A program made the translations under genes and the position numbers. This document shows, one piece after another, positions 36,956-49,700 of a stretch of DNA of 64,000 nt (positions are counted from its first letter, which is position 1; each line of letters starts with the position of its first letter). Below the pieces are notes generated by a model that made no database searches, was not told where the DNA came from, and saw only the letters and a list, made by a program, of their open reading frames with translations. The DNA comes from Vitrella brassicaformis CCMP3155 (lineage: Eukaryota; Protista; Chromerida), in assembly GCA_001179505.1 (NCBI GenBank), contig CDMY01000270.1:77069-141068 (forward strand). Reading direction: 5' to 3'.

Positions 36956-37707
36956 AGCTGCAGCTGCCGATCCCCGCCCCCCCCCCTCCCCTCCCCCTTG
37001 TGTCATTGATTCCGTTCTCTGGTGGTTGGTCGTCGTTTCACATATACCCATACAGTGATTTCCACCACCAGAGAGCCACATTTTCGCTTCATCGTGGCTC
37101 GCTCACGGACAGATAGATGTGTGTGTGTGCGTAAAGGTCGCGATGGCGACCGACGGCTGTCTGCCTGTCTGAGTGTCTGCGGACACCACCAGGGTTGCCA
37201 GAAGAGAAGAGCCAAGAAAGCCAGGCAGCGACAAGAGAAAGGGCTGAGAGGCTTCAATTAATGGGGCGGGTGGGTGGGTGGAGTGGGAGTAGGAAGGTAG
37301 ACAGGCAGGTTGAAAGGTAGGTCTGGCTCTTTGTATATAATATTGCGTGTGCTCTGTGTGTGTGTGTGTGTGTGTGGAGCGTCCATTCACTCACTCAGTC
37401 ACTCACTGGTGCAGCATTCATCGTATTTGTGGCTCTATCTATCTATACCTCTCTCTCTCTTCTCCTGTCTGTCTAACAGACAAACCCAACACGCATCGCA
37501 TGAGTGGGTGCGGTGGATGTGGTACCTACCTACCCTTGTTGTCTGTCGGATTGGTGCGTACCGTACGTGTCATAGTCATATTAAGCCGTGTGTCTCTCCT
37601 GTGTCCATCTCACACCTTGGCCTTCACACACGCATTGCATTCAGATCAATCAATCCACCACACCACACCACAGCCAGACAGACACCCAACCCCAGTACCA
37701 CCCAGGT

Positions 37708-40700
37708 CTATCTGTTGGCGGCCTTCCGAAGGTTCTCGTAGTACAAGAGACACCTGTCATTGGCCCGAATGACGTACCGTAGCTCGTTCTCATCCCGCAC
37801 GCCGTGGATGGTCAGGCCCTCCAGGCTCTTCACACGCGACAAAGCGACATACGCCTGACCCTCGGCAAACGTGCCGGCGAGGCCCACCTCAGCCATGTCT
37901 ATGGTCATACCTGCAGACGGACACACAGAAGGCGTGTTCTCGTGAGTGACTTGTTAATTGTTGTTTGTGTTTGTGTGTGTCGGTTGGTTGGTTGGTGACC
38001 TTACCTTGCGATTTGTGTACGGTGAATGCCCATGCGAGTACCAGGGGGACCTGCGTTCGTGTGGCCACCACCTGGTTGCCCACCTGCACACACACACACA
38101 CACACAGTCAGGCGGAGATGAGACCGAGAGAGACACGGATGGATGGATGGAGGTGTTTGTGTGAGCCGTCCGTCTGGCAGGACGTACTCTGACGTCAAAG
38201 CAAGTCGCGTTGATCTCGTGGTCTTTCGACCCCGCTGCACCGGGGAAGTGCACCAGCAACTTGGGGTGAATCCTAAGTGCACAAAACACACACACACACA
38301 CACTCACCCTTTCGCACACACAAAGGAGTGTCCTCTGTCTGTGTGTGCATTTGTTTGTGTGTGTCTCCCTTACTGTGTGACAACCCCTCTCGCGCCGTTG
38401 ACGAGGTGTCTGGAGGCGTTGATGGTCTTGACCAAAATGACCTGGGCGCCCTTCTTGAGTGTCAGATGGCGGGGGGCGTTGGTGGCCATGTCCAAATCGA
38501 TGCCGCCGGGCCCTGCATCCAGATGAAAGGTGTCTGTCATCGATGGGGTGCGTGCGGGCGATGGATGGATGGATGGATGGATGGCCCACCGGTGTTGTCG
38601 ACTGCCAGGAACTCCCTCGTCTGTCCGGGCAGCTGGCGCAGCGACTCACGGTTCAATTCATCCACCTCCTTCCTGAGAAGAATTCCCCACACACACACAT
38701 CAATCGGCTGGCGTGTGCGTGTGTCTCCCCACCTTCTCGGCAGCAGTTTGGTGGCCACGACGCCCGCCTTGCTCTGACCCTGCTGCTGCTGCTGCTGCTG
38801 CTGGCGGCCATTGATGAGGTGTCTGGCGTGTGCCATGAGAAGTGTGAGTGTTGCAGGTGACGGGTTGCCGAAGCGGATCTCGTTGAGGATCGAGATGAAC
38901 TGCTGGTTGGATTGACGGAACACTGACACCTCGCACACACAGATGTGCCGTGCGGTTTGTGCGTCAGCCTTCAGGCCAGGCCAGTCAGGTATACCTTGTG
39001 TGAGCTCGACAGTGTGCTGCACCGTCTTGCGCCACGCATCAGTCTGCTCAAGACACGCCGACAACGTCCACACACGCATCAATCACCCAACGTCTCCGCC
39101 ATCTCACCTCAAAGGCGAATATGACGGGCAGCTTCCGAACCCCCCTGCGTGAGCCCGTCGACGCGTTGCTCTGCAGACTGGCCGTGGAGTCGCTGCGTTT
39201 GATGCCCGGCGGCCCGCGGGATGACGATGCAGCAGCAGCAGGGAGCGATGCGGGGTCGTTGGGTGGAACAGGTGGCAGCTGGAGGAAATCGCCAGAGATG
39301 AGCAACTAAATGAGACATACAGAGGAGAGCTTAGGAGACAGCGAAGAGCCATGGCTACAAGTCATCGAGTACCTGAAGGCCGCCGAAGGGCTTGTGACAA
39401 CCACGGAGGCGACGCCCCAGCTCTGATCAGGGGAGGGGAGGGGATGGATCGAGAGTGCGTGTGGGGTGTCCTGTGCCTGCCTGCCCACCTTCCAGCTTTT
39501 GGAAGAAGCGCCCCTCCACCATGGAGATCTCGTCGATGATGAGCGTCTTGGCCGACGTCCAACGCTGACCGGCAGAGACGCGGACATACATGTACAGTCC
39601 ATGTGCCTACCTTGATCAGGTCTGCCGTGGCCCATTCGTGGCATTTATTGTGGTGTGTGGTCAGGTCAGGTAAGGTACCTACCTGCATTGCCTGGAAGCT
39701 CTTCGTGACAGACGACACGATGCGATCGACGGTGTCATCAGAGTTCTGAATGCCTGGATCAAGGAGGGAAAAAAGGCCAAGGGAAGAGAATACAGCAGCA
39801 TGTTTCATGTCTGTCTGCTCCTGCACTCATGGCATGTATGTATGTGCGTGTTCCTGACCTCCGAACTTCTGGATGGTGCTGCCGCCTATCTGGCAGGCTG
39901 CGAGGCCCGTCGACGCCGTCACGAACAGCGTGTCCTGGGGGATGAAACTCTTGAGTATGTGGATGAGGTAACTCTTGCCAACACCTGCCATGGATGGAAA
40001 CACGTACAGATACAGATACTACAGCGCACATGCGGTGTGAGTGCACTCGTCTGCATTAATGTAAGCCAAGCCCACCAGCCCCGCCCGTGAAGAAAACATT
40101 CTTCCCATATCTCGCCAGGTTGACCACCTGAAGACACACAACCAGAGCTCCCGGTCTCTCTTGCCTTCCTTGCCCCTTCTCACCTTCTTCTGTGCCTCCG
40201 TGAGGTTGTCAGCCTCCGGACACAGTGCCAGCGGCCTCGACACGGCCGACACCCCCGACACCCCAGACCGCCCCGACCTTCCTGACGAGTCGCTTTTCCC
40301 GCCGGGTGAGGCGTCCCTCCTCTCCCTTTCCCGCTTCATCTCATCCGGTGTGGGCCGTGATGCGTTGCGCTTGGCGGGGTGTAAGGGAGGGAGGAGGCTG
40401 CCGCTGTGGTAGTCGATCTGTCGTTTCAGGTCCGCACGGCGGGGCAGGACGGGCTCGGAAACAAACGAGTTGGCGCGGGACGGAGGGCGACTTGCGACGC
40501 TCGAAGAGGGCTTCGCATACGGATTGGCCTGTTGTGCAGGCTGCTGGCGGGGTTTGTGAGGACCCTTTGCCGCCAATGCAGGTCTGCCCTGCGGCCGCGT
40601 CGAGCGGCCCTCCACTCCCAAGCCATTCATCAGCGCCAGCACCTCCTGCCTGATGGTCCGGAGGGTCTGCGGGTCGCCCTGGAGCATCACCTGGCAGTCC

Positions 40701-41030
40701 TTCTTCTTAAATTTGAATGACATCTTGCCCTCGGCCTCCAGCAACCTGCAGGCACGACGGACACACGAATGCACACACGATGGATGGATGGATGGACGGA
40801 TGGATGTGCCGCTTTGTTCAAAGTTTGTTGGTGAAGCCTACTTACTTGTCATAGAGAGTGAAGTCCCAGAGGTGGAACTGCTCGGCGGGCTTGTTGCGCA
40901 GGCAAATGCACAGATGTTTGTTGCGGACATAGACGGGTACGTTGCGGTAGGGATACTGGCACGGGCTGCCAGAAGACGTACCTTTCTCTAACACCACAGA
41001 CGCCACACTTTCAGGCACAGGCGATGTCAT
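37708..41030 (-). CDS. PIF1: PIF1-family 5'-3' DNA helicase with N-terminal PINT-like region; multi-exon
   Basis: Motifs VFFTGGAGVGKSYL, VTASTGLAACQIGG, LIIDEISM, GDFLQLPPV, VFRQ..FISILNEIRFG and QVPLVLAWAFTVHKSQGMTID..FAEGQAYVALSRVKSLEGL. Start approximate. Confidence 0.93.
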
Positions 41031-41078
41031 TCTGTGCAAACCGGGGAAGAAGGATCGACGAACTTGTAACTTGTAAAT

Positions 41079-41086
41079 TGCGAGCT
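41079..41086 (+). promoter_or_regulatory. TGCGAGCT (PIF1/coiled-coil interval)
   Basis: Exact match in a ~214-nt divergent interval. Confidence 0.5.
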
Positions 41087-41244
41087 CAAGCGGGTTGAAG
41101 AGCTCACTTCGTTGTTATGCTGTCTTACACAGCACAGACTCTTCCTCTCCGGAGATTTGCACCGACAGCGACTTGCCTTTTGACTGGCGCCACCGGCCCG
41201 CCCAGGGCTGCACATCCTGGGCCGTCTCCGTCTCACCCCGCAGA

Positions 41245-43928
41245 ATGGGAAAGATGAACGCCGGCAGCGAAGGCGCACCAGGACTCCTCGTGCAGAAGCT
41301 CACCGCCGAGAACGCCCGGGTAGGCCAACCCATCTGCCTACCCCCTGTGTTGCAGTGGATGTGGCACTGCATGCAGCTGATAGCTGGCCAGCAGGAGCTG
41401 GAGGCTCGGCTGAAAGGAGTGGAGGCGGCGCGAGACGTCCTCAGGACATCCATTGCCCCGACTACAACTACAAAAGAGGACGGCAACAATGGACAGACCG
41501 ATGGGGTGTCTCCCTCGACACTGCTGGACAAAAGGTGCATGAGACTCTGAGAATAGGGAGACGAAGTGATCGTGACGTGTCGCCCCTCTCTGTAATGATA
41601 TGCGCGTTTCAGTGTCGAGATTGAATTGAACACCCTTCGTAAGGAGCTCCTCAAGGCCATCTCAAAGTTCACGAGACACAACAACAGCTTCCGAGACATG
41701 CAGCAGCGAAAGTCAGGCAGCCCACCGACCCGGCAGCAGTTGTCGTGAGTGAGTACTCCTTGTGCAACTGTCTGGCTGCAGGGAAGAGCTTGAGGGCGAG
41801 AATGCTCGATTGCAGAAGGAGCTAGAGACACACAGGAGAAGTGAGCACAGCCACGCACAGACGGATACAGACGGCGAAATGGATGTTTGTCCATCTGTGT
41901 TTTGTGTAGGGTCTCACATGTACATGATGCGCATCACTACCATGAGCTTGAAAGAAAGGGACACCAAGACCAATAGGGCGCAATCGCAGCTCTCAGCGGC
42001 ATCTACTCCAGCAAGGCCCGCAGCCACTACCAAGCCCGCAGATGACCCTTCGGGCTCTAGAGATGAGGTTGCAGACCTGAAGAAGCTCAAGGAACAACTC
42101 GTCAAATCGGTCGGTCGGTATGCAGGCAGACCAATGCATCCATGTACCGTTTCTCCCATTGCATGCGCAGATCGAGGAGAGAGACAGACAGCTACAGGTA
42201 AGAGAGCCAGCAAACAATGGCGCGCGTAAGGCTTAAATGCGTCTTTCCATCTCAGGCCCGTTCCACGTTGATCAGCGAGCTCCAGGAGCGCCTCAGCGCA
42301 TTCGAAAAAAGACCGACGAGACAAAGAAATAATCAGCCCATCACGGCCTCGCTGTCCTCTCCCGACCTTCTTGAAGCGACACGGGAGCATTTCGAACAAC
42401 TCAAACACCAGCACGCACAAGGTAGGGCAGAGAGACTCATACGTCAGATCCCCCGTGGCTGACACGCTTCCCCCCGCCCTTTGCCTTCACACACAGTGCA
42501 AGACCACGCGCAGAGTCTGAAGCGGCAGCTGACCACACAGAAGGACAAGGTGGGCGAAAACCACGCACAGGGAGTCCAATGCAGCCGCTGGATGGATGGG
42601 TGGGTGGGTGGATGCAGCTACGTGCCGTGACTGAAGAGAGAGACAGATTGGGCGAGGTCAGCAGGCCTTTTAGCCCCTGCACACGACTGCATGGTTGTGT
42701 GTGTTGTATGTTGGCTCAGGCCCTGAGTGAGGCGGTGCAGCAGCTAGAGGACACACGCGTGAAGGAACAGCAGCAGGATGGCAGCCCCGAGCAGCGTGAG
42801 TGGAGGCGGAAGTGCCTGCAGCTCACTCAGTAAATTAGACCACAAACATCCACATGCATGTAGTGATGTGCACGTCCATGCAGGCGGCTGGTGGAAGTGC
42901 AGGAGAAGTGTGATGTCCTGGAGAGGCTGCTGCAGCACGAACAAGACAGCAGAGAGTAAGCCAACCCCCTCCCTCCCATACCCACACACGCACAGAAAGC
43001 GACACAGCCTCCTTTGTGCGCCTATTCTGATCAGTCCGCAGAAGAGAGAGCAGAGGGCCCAGGAGGATTTCGAGAAAAGAGCAGAGGGCATCAGGCGCAA
43101 GGCCGAGGAAGACGTTCGTCAGCTCGCCGAGACATGGGCATCCAAGAACACTGAGCTGGCGGAAAGGATCAACAAGATCCAGGCTGACCGCGGAGCGGCC
43201 ATCGATGCCCTCACGCAGAAGGTGGAGACGCTCCAGCACGAGCTCAGGTACGGCAAGGTGCTGCAGACAGGGATCGACAAGGGTATTCCTCTCCTGAGTC
43301 TCCTCTCGTGTGCGCCGTCCGTTCAGTGAGAAGGACGCCGAGAAGACAGCAGTGAAGAGTCATGTTGCCGAGCTGCAAAGACAGCTGGAGGTGACATGAA
43401 CATACATATCACCCCATGTCTCGTCAGTCAGCACCAATACCCACCCGTCTGTTCCGTCAGGCGAAAAGTGAGGAGGTCACTCAGCTAAAGGGGTCGCCAT
43501 CTCAGCAGCAGCCGTCCAAGCCCCCTCTCTCAGCGGTGTCCAGCTCGGCTTCATCTTCGTCTCGCCCGTCCGCAGCCCCCCACAAGACGAGGCACATCCA
43601 GCGCCAGCGCACAAGCAGTGCGCGGACCATCCCCCGGAGCAGACAGAGCTCCCTGACATCGGTGGAAGGAGCCACCGCTACCCATGACGAGCCTGTTTGT
43701 CAGCCTGCAGCAGAACAAGACACGAGCAGGCCCTCTTCTCCCCCACCCCTCTCACCTCCTTCTGCTGTTCGCAAGAGTCATGTAAGAGTTGACGTCAGCC
43801 CTATAGCGACAGCAAGGCAGAGTGCTGCTGACGGGGCGGACTCGCCTGCAGGGAAAACAGACAGCCAAGTAAAGGGGCATGGCAGTCCGACACTGATAGA
43901 GTGGATGCGATCGCAGAGAGGAAGATGA
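41245..43928 (+). CDS. Coiled-coil hypothetical protein with S/P-rich C-terminus; multi-exon
   Basis: Successive GT-AG bounded exons encode heptad-rich segments (QQELEARLKGVEAARDVL, EELEGENARLQKELE, DFEKRAEGIRRKAEEDVRQLAE). No family recognised. Confidence 0.7.
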
Positions 43929-44636
43929 TCCGTGTTTCACTTAGTGAGGGTTTGTTTTGTGCACGCCAGCCATTGATGTGTTGACGAACGAGTGCTGTTG
44001 ATTCAGGTGTCTGTACCGACGAGTGACTCCCACCTCACCCACCTCAGCCACCCCACCCCACCCACACGCTAGGCACGACACGACAAAGTCACTTACATAC
44101 ATCTGGTCTGTCTCTGTCTGCATTCAACCCACACTCTCTCTCACATACCCACACACAGAGTACCTCGACCTGTGGCTGCTCGAGGGGAAAGACTAACTAC
44201 TTCATCTGCCCGTGTCGCGTGCTTGTGTCGTCTGTCTCTCCGGTCCTCCCACCCCCATGCAATGCCATCAATACATACGCGCGTGCAGCGACAGATGCAG
44301 AAGTGCTGCTGACGCTGGAGATTGCTGATGCATATCATATGGGTGGGTAGATGCGGCAGCTACACACTTACAACAACAAATGAGTGATTCCCCTCCCCAC
44401 GCACACCGCCCCTTCCCGACGCAGAGCTCCAACCAACGAAAAAGAGAGGCAAGCAAGTGAGATCGATCGTCGGTCATCCATCCATCCATCCTACCGACCT
44501 AGACCATCCTAGACAATGTTCCCCGCCCACCCATCCACCCACCCCGTCTCCTCTCACCACCCCCCCCCCAACACCGGCACGCTACACGTATGTGCCCACC
44601 GCCACCGCCCGTTTCTCTGTCTGTGTGTCCTGCTCC

Positions 44637-46518
44637 TCACTGTGTGGTGCCGCTGCCCTGGCTGGGTGCTCCTCCCGTGGGGGCGTTGCCCGTCTGCTCA
44701 GGCATGGACTGGAGCTGGCTGACCAGGGCCTCAGGCACGTTGCCCTGCAGGTTGAGGGCAGCGGGGTCGAACGGCTGACCTGCAATGCAACACCGACCAG
44801 TCACATAATGAAGAAATGATCAGCTAGCTGTTCGTGTGCATGTGTGCCTGTGTGTGAGTGTGTGTGGCTGTACCTTTGAATGGCGAGCCCTCTGCGTCCC
44901 ATGCGTCCTTGAGCAGGTTGGCCGTCTTGATCTGGTCGGACGTTGGCAGACCCTGGGCCTTCTGGTTCTGGTCGAACACTATCTTGCTGCACACACACAC
45001 ACACGGAACGGGACAGTATCACATCAACACACAACCGATCGATAAGCGCCTGTCTGCCTGTCTGTGTGTCTGTCGCGCTCTCTCTGCCCTTACCGAATCG
45101 CACCCTGAGTTTCGTCATCGAAGTCCTCTGACAATCCATCAGACAACCAAACAGAGAATGACAGACCCATGGTTCCGTTGCCTTCTCTCAGCTTACCGAT
45201 CCTCTTGGAGGACTCAACTTTGGTGGGGTCGATCTCAGGGTCGCCCTGCACAACACCAACACGTTCACACAATCGTGATGGTCGGTTGATTGGCTGGCTG
45301 GCTGGTCAAGGGGCTTTCCGTGTCTGTGTCGGCTCCCGACTCACCTCGATAACGCATTTCCACCAGGTCTCCTTGGTCTTGAAGAGCGTCACCACAACGC
45401 GCTCGCCGTCCTCCAGGCTGCACACACCCACAGCAAGGAGCGACACAGTGAGGGTTCCGCTGGCATGCATGCGGATGGTGGGATTGTCGTGCGTGTGGTC
45501 ACCTCCACGTCGAGTCCTCCTTGAGGATTTTGTCGTACAGAGTGCCCTCCACTATCACCTCACCGCGACACGACACCTGACGTACACACACACACACACA
45601 CACACACCCCGACCGTAAGCCTCACTGGTTGTCTCCGTTGTCGTCCCTCCCTCCTCCTTTCAGGCCTACCTTGAGGGTCTGGCCGCCGATGTCCACAGTA
45701 ATGTCCTTTGCGTGGCACCTGGAGACGGGCACCTCCACCGTCACCTCGGTGAAGGTCTGCGACCAGCGGTACCTGCCCGTCTCCCCCCCATTCCACGTCG
45801 AGATGTGCTTGGCCTCCTCGGGCGTCTCGTGCGTCTCCGCAGCCCTCGACGAGGTGTTCTCGGGTGTGGTGTCCTCGGGCATGGCCTGCGGGTTGCCGTT
45901 GCGCAGCTCCAGGGGACGGTCCATCTCGGCGGTGGGGATGGGCGAGGAGGGACCACTGTCCACCCGTGCCGAGGTGGTCACGGGAGTCAGCAGTGATGGG
46001 TTGACGGGGGCCAGTTCGTACTTTTTGTTGTTGTTGCCGCCGCCGTTCTTGTGGTTGGGAGAAGGCAGCTTGTCCTGACCGACACAGGTGAAGGGTGAAG
46101 CGCCAGAGAGAAGAGACGGCGTGCATCGCATCCAGAGGCATGTGTGGCGTGCCCCCGTCAGCTGTATACGTACGTACCGACAGTTGCCTGAGCTTGGCGG
46201 GCAGGCTCGGCTGCACACGGGAGATGTACTGGCGCTGGTACTTCTGGAAGGTGTCCTTGAGCATCTCCTCGGCTCGTCCGGGCACGAAGCCCATCTTCTC
46301 GCCCCTCTCGGTCATGATGTGGAAGAAGTCCGTGCGACGCTCCAGGAAACCTGAGAGGTGAGAAGGTGAGAAACCAAGGGGAGAGAGGGAGCATGCACCA
46401 GCTGACACAGTGTGTCACTGGGTGGTGTCCGCTGACTGAAGAAGGTCTCCAGGAGAGGCTCGATGCCCTCGTGATGACGCGCCAACCCCAGCAGCACATC
46501 GTCGTAGCGGTCGGACAT
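44637..46518 (-). CDS. NudC-family (CS/p23 domain) co-chaperone; multi-exon
   Basis: [37 protein letters not shown] (NudC N-domain), then WNGGETGRYRWSQTFTEV and GTLYDKILKEDSTWSLEDG..WWKCVIEGDPEIDPTKV..ETQGAIRKIVFDQNQKAQGLPTSDQ. Confidence 0.92.
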
Positions 46519-46627
46519 CCTGGAGGCTGGATCTCCTCGCGGAACAAGGTCGGCAGATCAAGACGACGGGGAGGAAGATGAAGACGACAAGGTGGCCTCA
46601 CGCCCCTGTAAGCGAGATCGGTGAGAC

Positions 46628-46635
46628 TGCGAGCT
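46628..46635 (+). promoter_or_regulatory. TGCGAGCT (NudC/histidine kinase interval)
   Basis: Exact match in a ~266-nt divergent interval. Confidence 0.5.
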
Positions 46636-46784
46636 TGGGACTGGGGGCGTCTGCGGGGCTTGAGAGATGCGCCTCCCCGGAGCTTGCCCTCATCGTTCCC
46701 CTTATCGTTGTCCTCATCGGTCATCGTCAGCGATTCTCCCCACCTCCGCGTCGTCTCTCATTTGGGGACTGGTGGAAGGGAAAG

Positions 46785-49700
46785 ATGCCGACAGGTTTCT
46801 TCCTTTTCGACCGTCGCTTCGTTGAGTGGCGCAATGAGCACTTCAAGCAGCAGCGGCTGAGAAAGATTTCCATTGGGTTCTTGCTCCTGGCGTGTGGCTT
46901 TGCGCTTTGCCTCGTCGGGACTGCGTGGGGGGAGATCAGCGACTTTTTGGCCGGACTTGACACGGATGGGATGGATTCCTGCCCTTTAAATGACACGGTG
47001 ACGACTGCATTGGGCGATTCATCCAAGTGCAGCTCCGTCACAGAGGAGAAACGGATCAGTGAGGACGTCGACCGAAGTGGTCATCGGGCAACCATTGTGT
47101 CTCTGTTTTTCATTACTGTTCTGTTCTTCTGCCTGCTCGGACTGGTAAGCATGGTGTAGGTTGCTTGGCCGTCCTACGCTTTCACGGTGTGTTCCGCCAT
47201 TCTCCGCTTCTTCTGTTTCCTGCAGGTACACACGCAACGGGGGTCTTCGTTCGTGACAGATCGCTATGTGGCAATCACAATCGCCATGGCTTTCTTCGTC
47301 AGCACCATCGGTCATCTTTCTAATGTCACGTAAGTGCAGATCAACTGGCAAAGGAGCAGCAGCTGTTGATGAATGTGTCCGTCTCTAACCTTTCCTTGCA
47401 CAGTGGCATGCCATCAAAAGCGTTTGGATGCTTTGTATTTGGAAGCGACTCCTTCAGCATCAAGGTGTTTGCGGCTCTCATCATTCCCATGCCAGTAAGC
47501 GAGTACGCCTCTCGTCCGCACAAACGACACATTCGAAGGGCCGGCCTGTGGCTGACTAAATGCAGACACACATTGCTCTAATGTTTCAAGTGTTTGACAA
47601 TGTGGCGCTGGTGGCGACTTTCTACATGTTTCTCCACGAATGGAACGCCAAGGAGTTATTGCGCTCGGGCAAAGTGAGCAACATGGATGGCGTCTCCACG
47701 AGTGAAAGCCTCACCCCTGAGAACTGGGAGCTGTTTGCGATCGCCACAGCAATGTAACTCAAGGGAAGCAAAGGGAAGGCTGTCTTCCGTCTTGAATGTT
47801 GGTTTTTCAGGTTCATCATGGCAGGCATGTTCTTCGTGTGGTCAGCCTGGCTGAGAGACACTCAGGACCACCAGCTATTCTGTGAACATGTGAAGCGGGT
47901 TGAAGCGGAGGAGAATCGCAAATCGTTCATCAGCTATATCCTACACGAAAGTGAGGATGCCTGCACTTGAGTCTGCACTTCTCGGCAATGTATGTACATG
48001 GCTTGCTGTCCAGTCAGGAATCCGCTTAGCGGCTGCGGGCTGATCCTCAGTGAGTGCACGAGTCGCCTGCAGCTGCCAGACATGCCCCCAGCTATCGACG
48101 ACCTACGGCAACGCGACGACACTGTTCAGTCATGGCTCGATACATTCCTTTATCTCTTCTCCACGGTCGAATCGCAAGTAAGACTCGAACACAGTCTAGC
48201 TTGGTCGGTTTGTTAGCTATGTTGTCTCTTTCATTCGTCGATGTCAGTTGGAGTCCATCAATTATGTATCGAATGACTGCCTCGCGCTAGAGAAGCTGGA
48301 AGCAGGATGGTACGCGGCATATCCGGTCGGATTCATGGCATGCCACTTCTTCCGTATCTGCCTCGTGTCAGTTTCGACTTTGAATTCACGGCCTTCAACG
48401 TTCTACAGTGGCTTCATGAGTAAGGGACCACCCGACGCTCTTCGACGCTGTCCTCTTGATAGATGGCGGCAACGTATGACGGCATGTGTCTCTCCCAGGC
48501 TCTACGAGAACGTCAAGCTGTCATTTGTCCTGCAAGGCCTTAGGCTGAAGCTGTCGATTCCTGCACCCCTCTTGTTCGACTGGTATGCTCCGCAAGAACC
48601 AGAAGTCCGAAATGACGAGCACGAGGGCGACAAGTCGGCTGTCTATCTGCCGCTGGTTTCCCGCGTTCGCGGTGTCGCTGACCACAATCGTCTCGCACAA
48701 GTCCTCAGTAACTTTCTCAGCAACGCGAAGAAATTCAGTCCAAAGGGATCGACGGTGTCCCTGAAGGTCAGCGGGCACAGTGAGCACCGTCAACCAAGAT
48801 GACGTTGGCTTTTTTCCCTTCTTTTTCTCGTGGTGATCTACAGGTGGCTTTGCTGCGTCCAGTGAGCAGCAAATCTCGATCAGTAGAGGGCAACCTTGTC
48901 CGCATATCAGTAGAAGATCAGGTGCGCATGCAACTGCCAAAGGCCACGTACACAGGAAGGAAGGTTTAGAGTATGCTTTCATGTTCTCCTTAGGGCGTAG
49001 GCATTACGAAAGAGGACCAGGTGAGAGGGGCATGTATGTGCAAATAGACAGACAGACAGACAGGCAGACGCATACGACATACTCATGTGAATGCCTGTCG
49101 GACGAACTGCTGTCTTGTCGAAGGCCAAGCTATTCAAGCCTTACAGGTGAGTGACATACACTGATACCTCCGACCAACACAAACACAGACACAGACACAG
49201 ACACAGACACACACTGCTAATATATGTCCAGTCAGATCCGCTCCGGCGAGCTGCAGAAGGGTGGGGGGACGGGATTGGGACTCTCTCTGTCAAAGGTACT
49301 AGTGCACTCAGCAGGCGGCAGGCCCTCTCTAATCATACTTTCTCCTGTCGCCTTCAACAGGCATTCGTTGAAGCTCATCACGGATCGGTGGGCGTCGAAT
49401 CTCAGGGGCAGAACAAAGGCTCCGAATTCTTCCTTGAGCTGATGCTGCCGTATCCAACCGATGAACAACTAGAAGCCAGCAAGTATGCAATGGAGGGAAG
49501 CACAGAAAAAAGCCCTGAGACGGAAGACCTGTACGCTGCTATGTGCAGGTCTGCAACGCTCAGCCCCGAAATCGGCAAGAGGATACTTCGATGCGTGACT
49601 GAGCTGCCCAACGGAAGCTCCCTGCCCAGTGGAATCTTCTCACCGCAACAAAACCGTCGCAGAGGGAGCCAATCAAGTGAGAAGCAATCAAAACACACAA

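Noticed and set aside
37708-41030. PIF1 helicase as a possible Helitron/RepHel that could explain the mobile cassette
   Set aside because: No HUH Rep motifs were seen. The gene is intron-rich, has a cellular PINT-like N-terminus and sits in an ordinary divergent pair.
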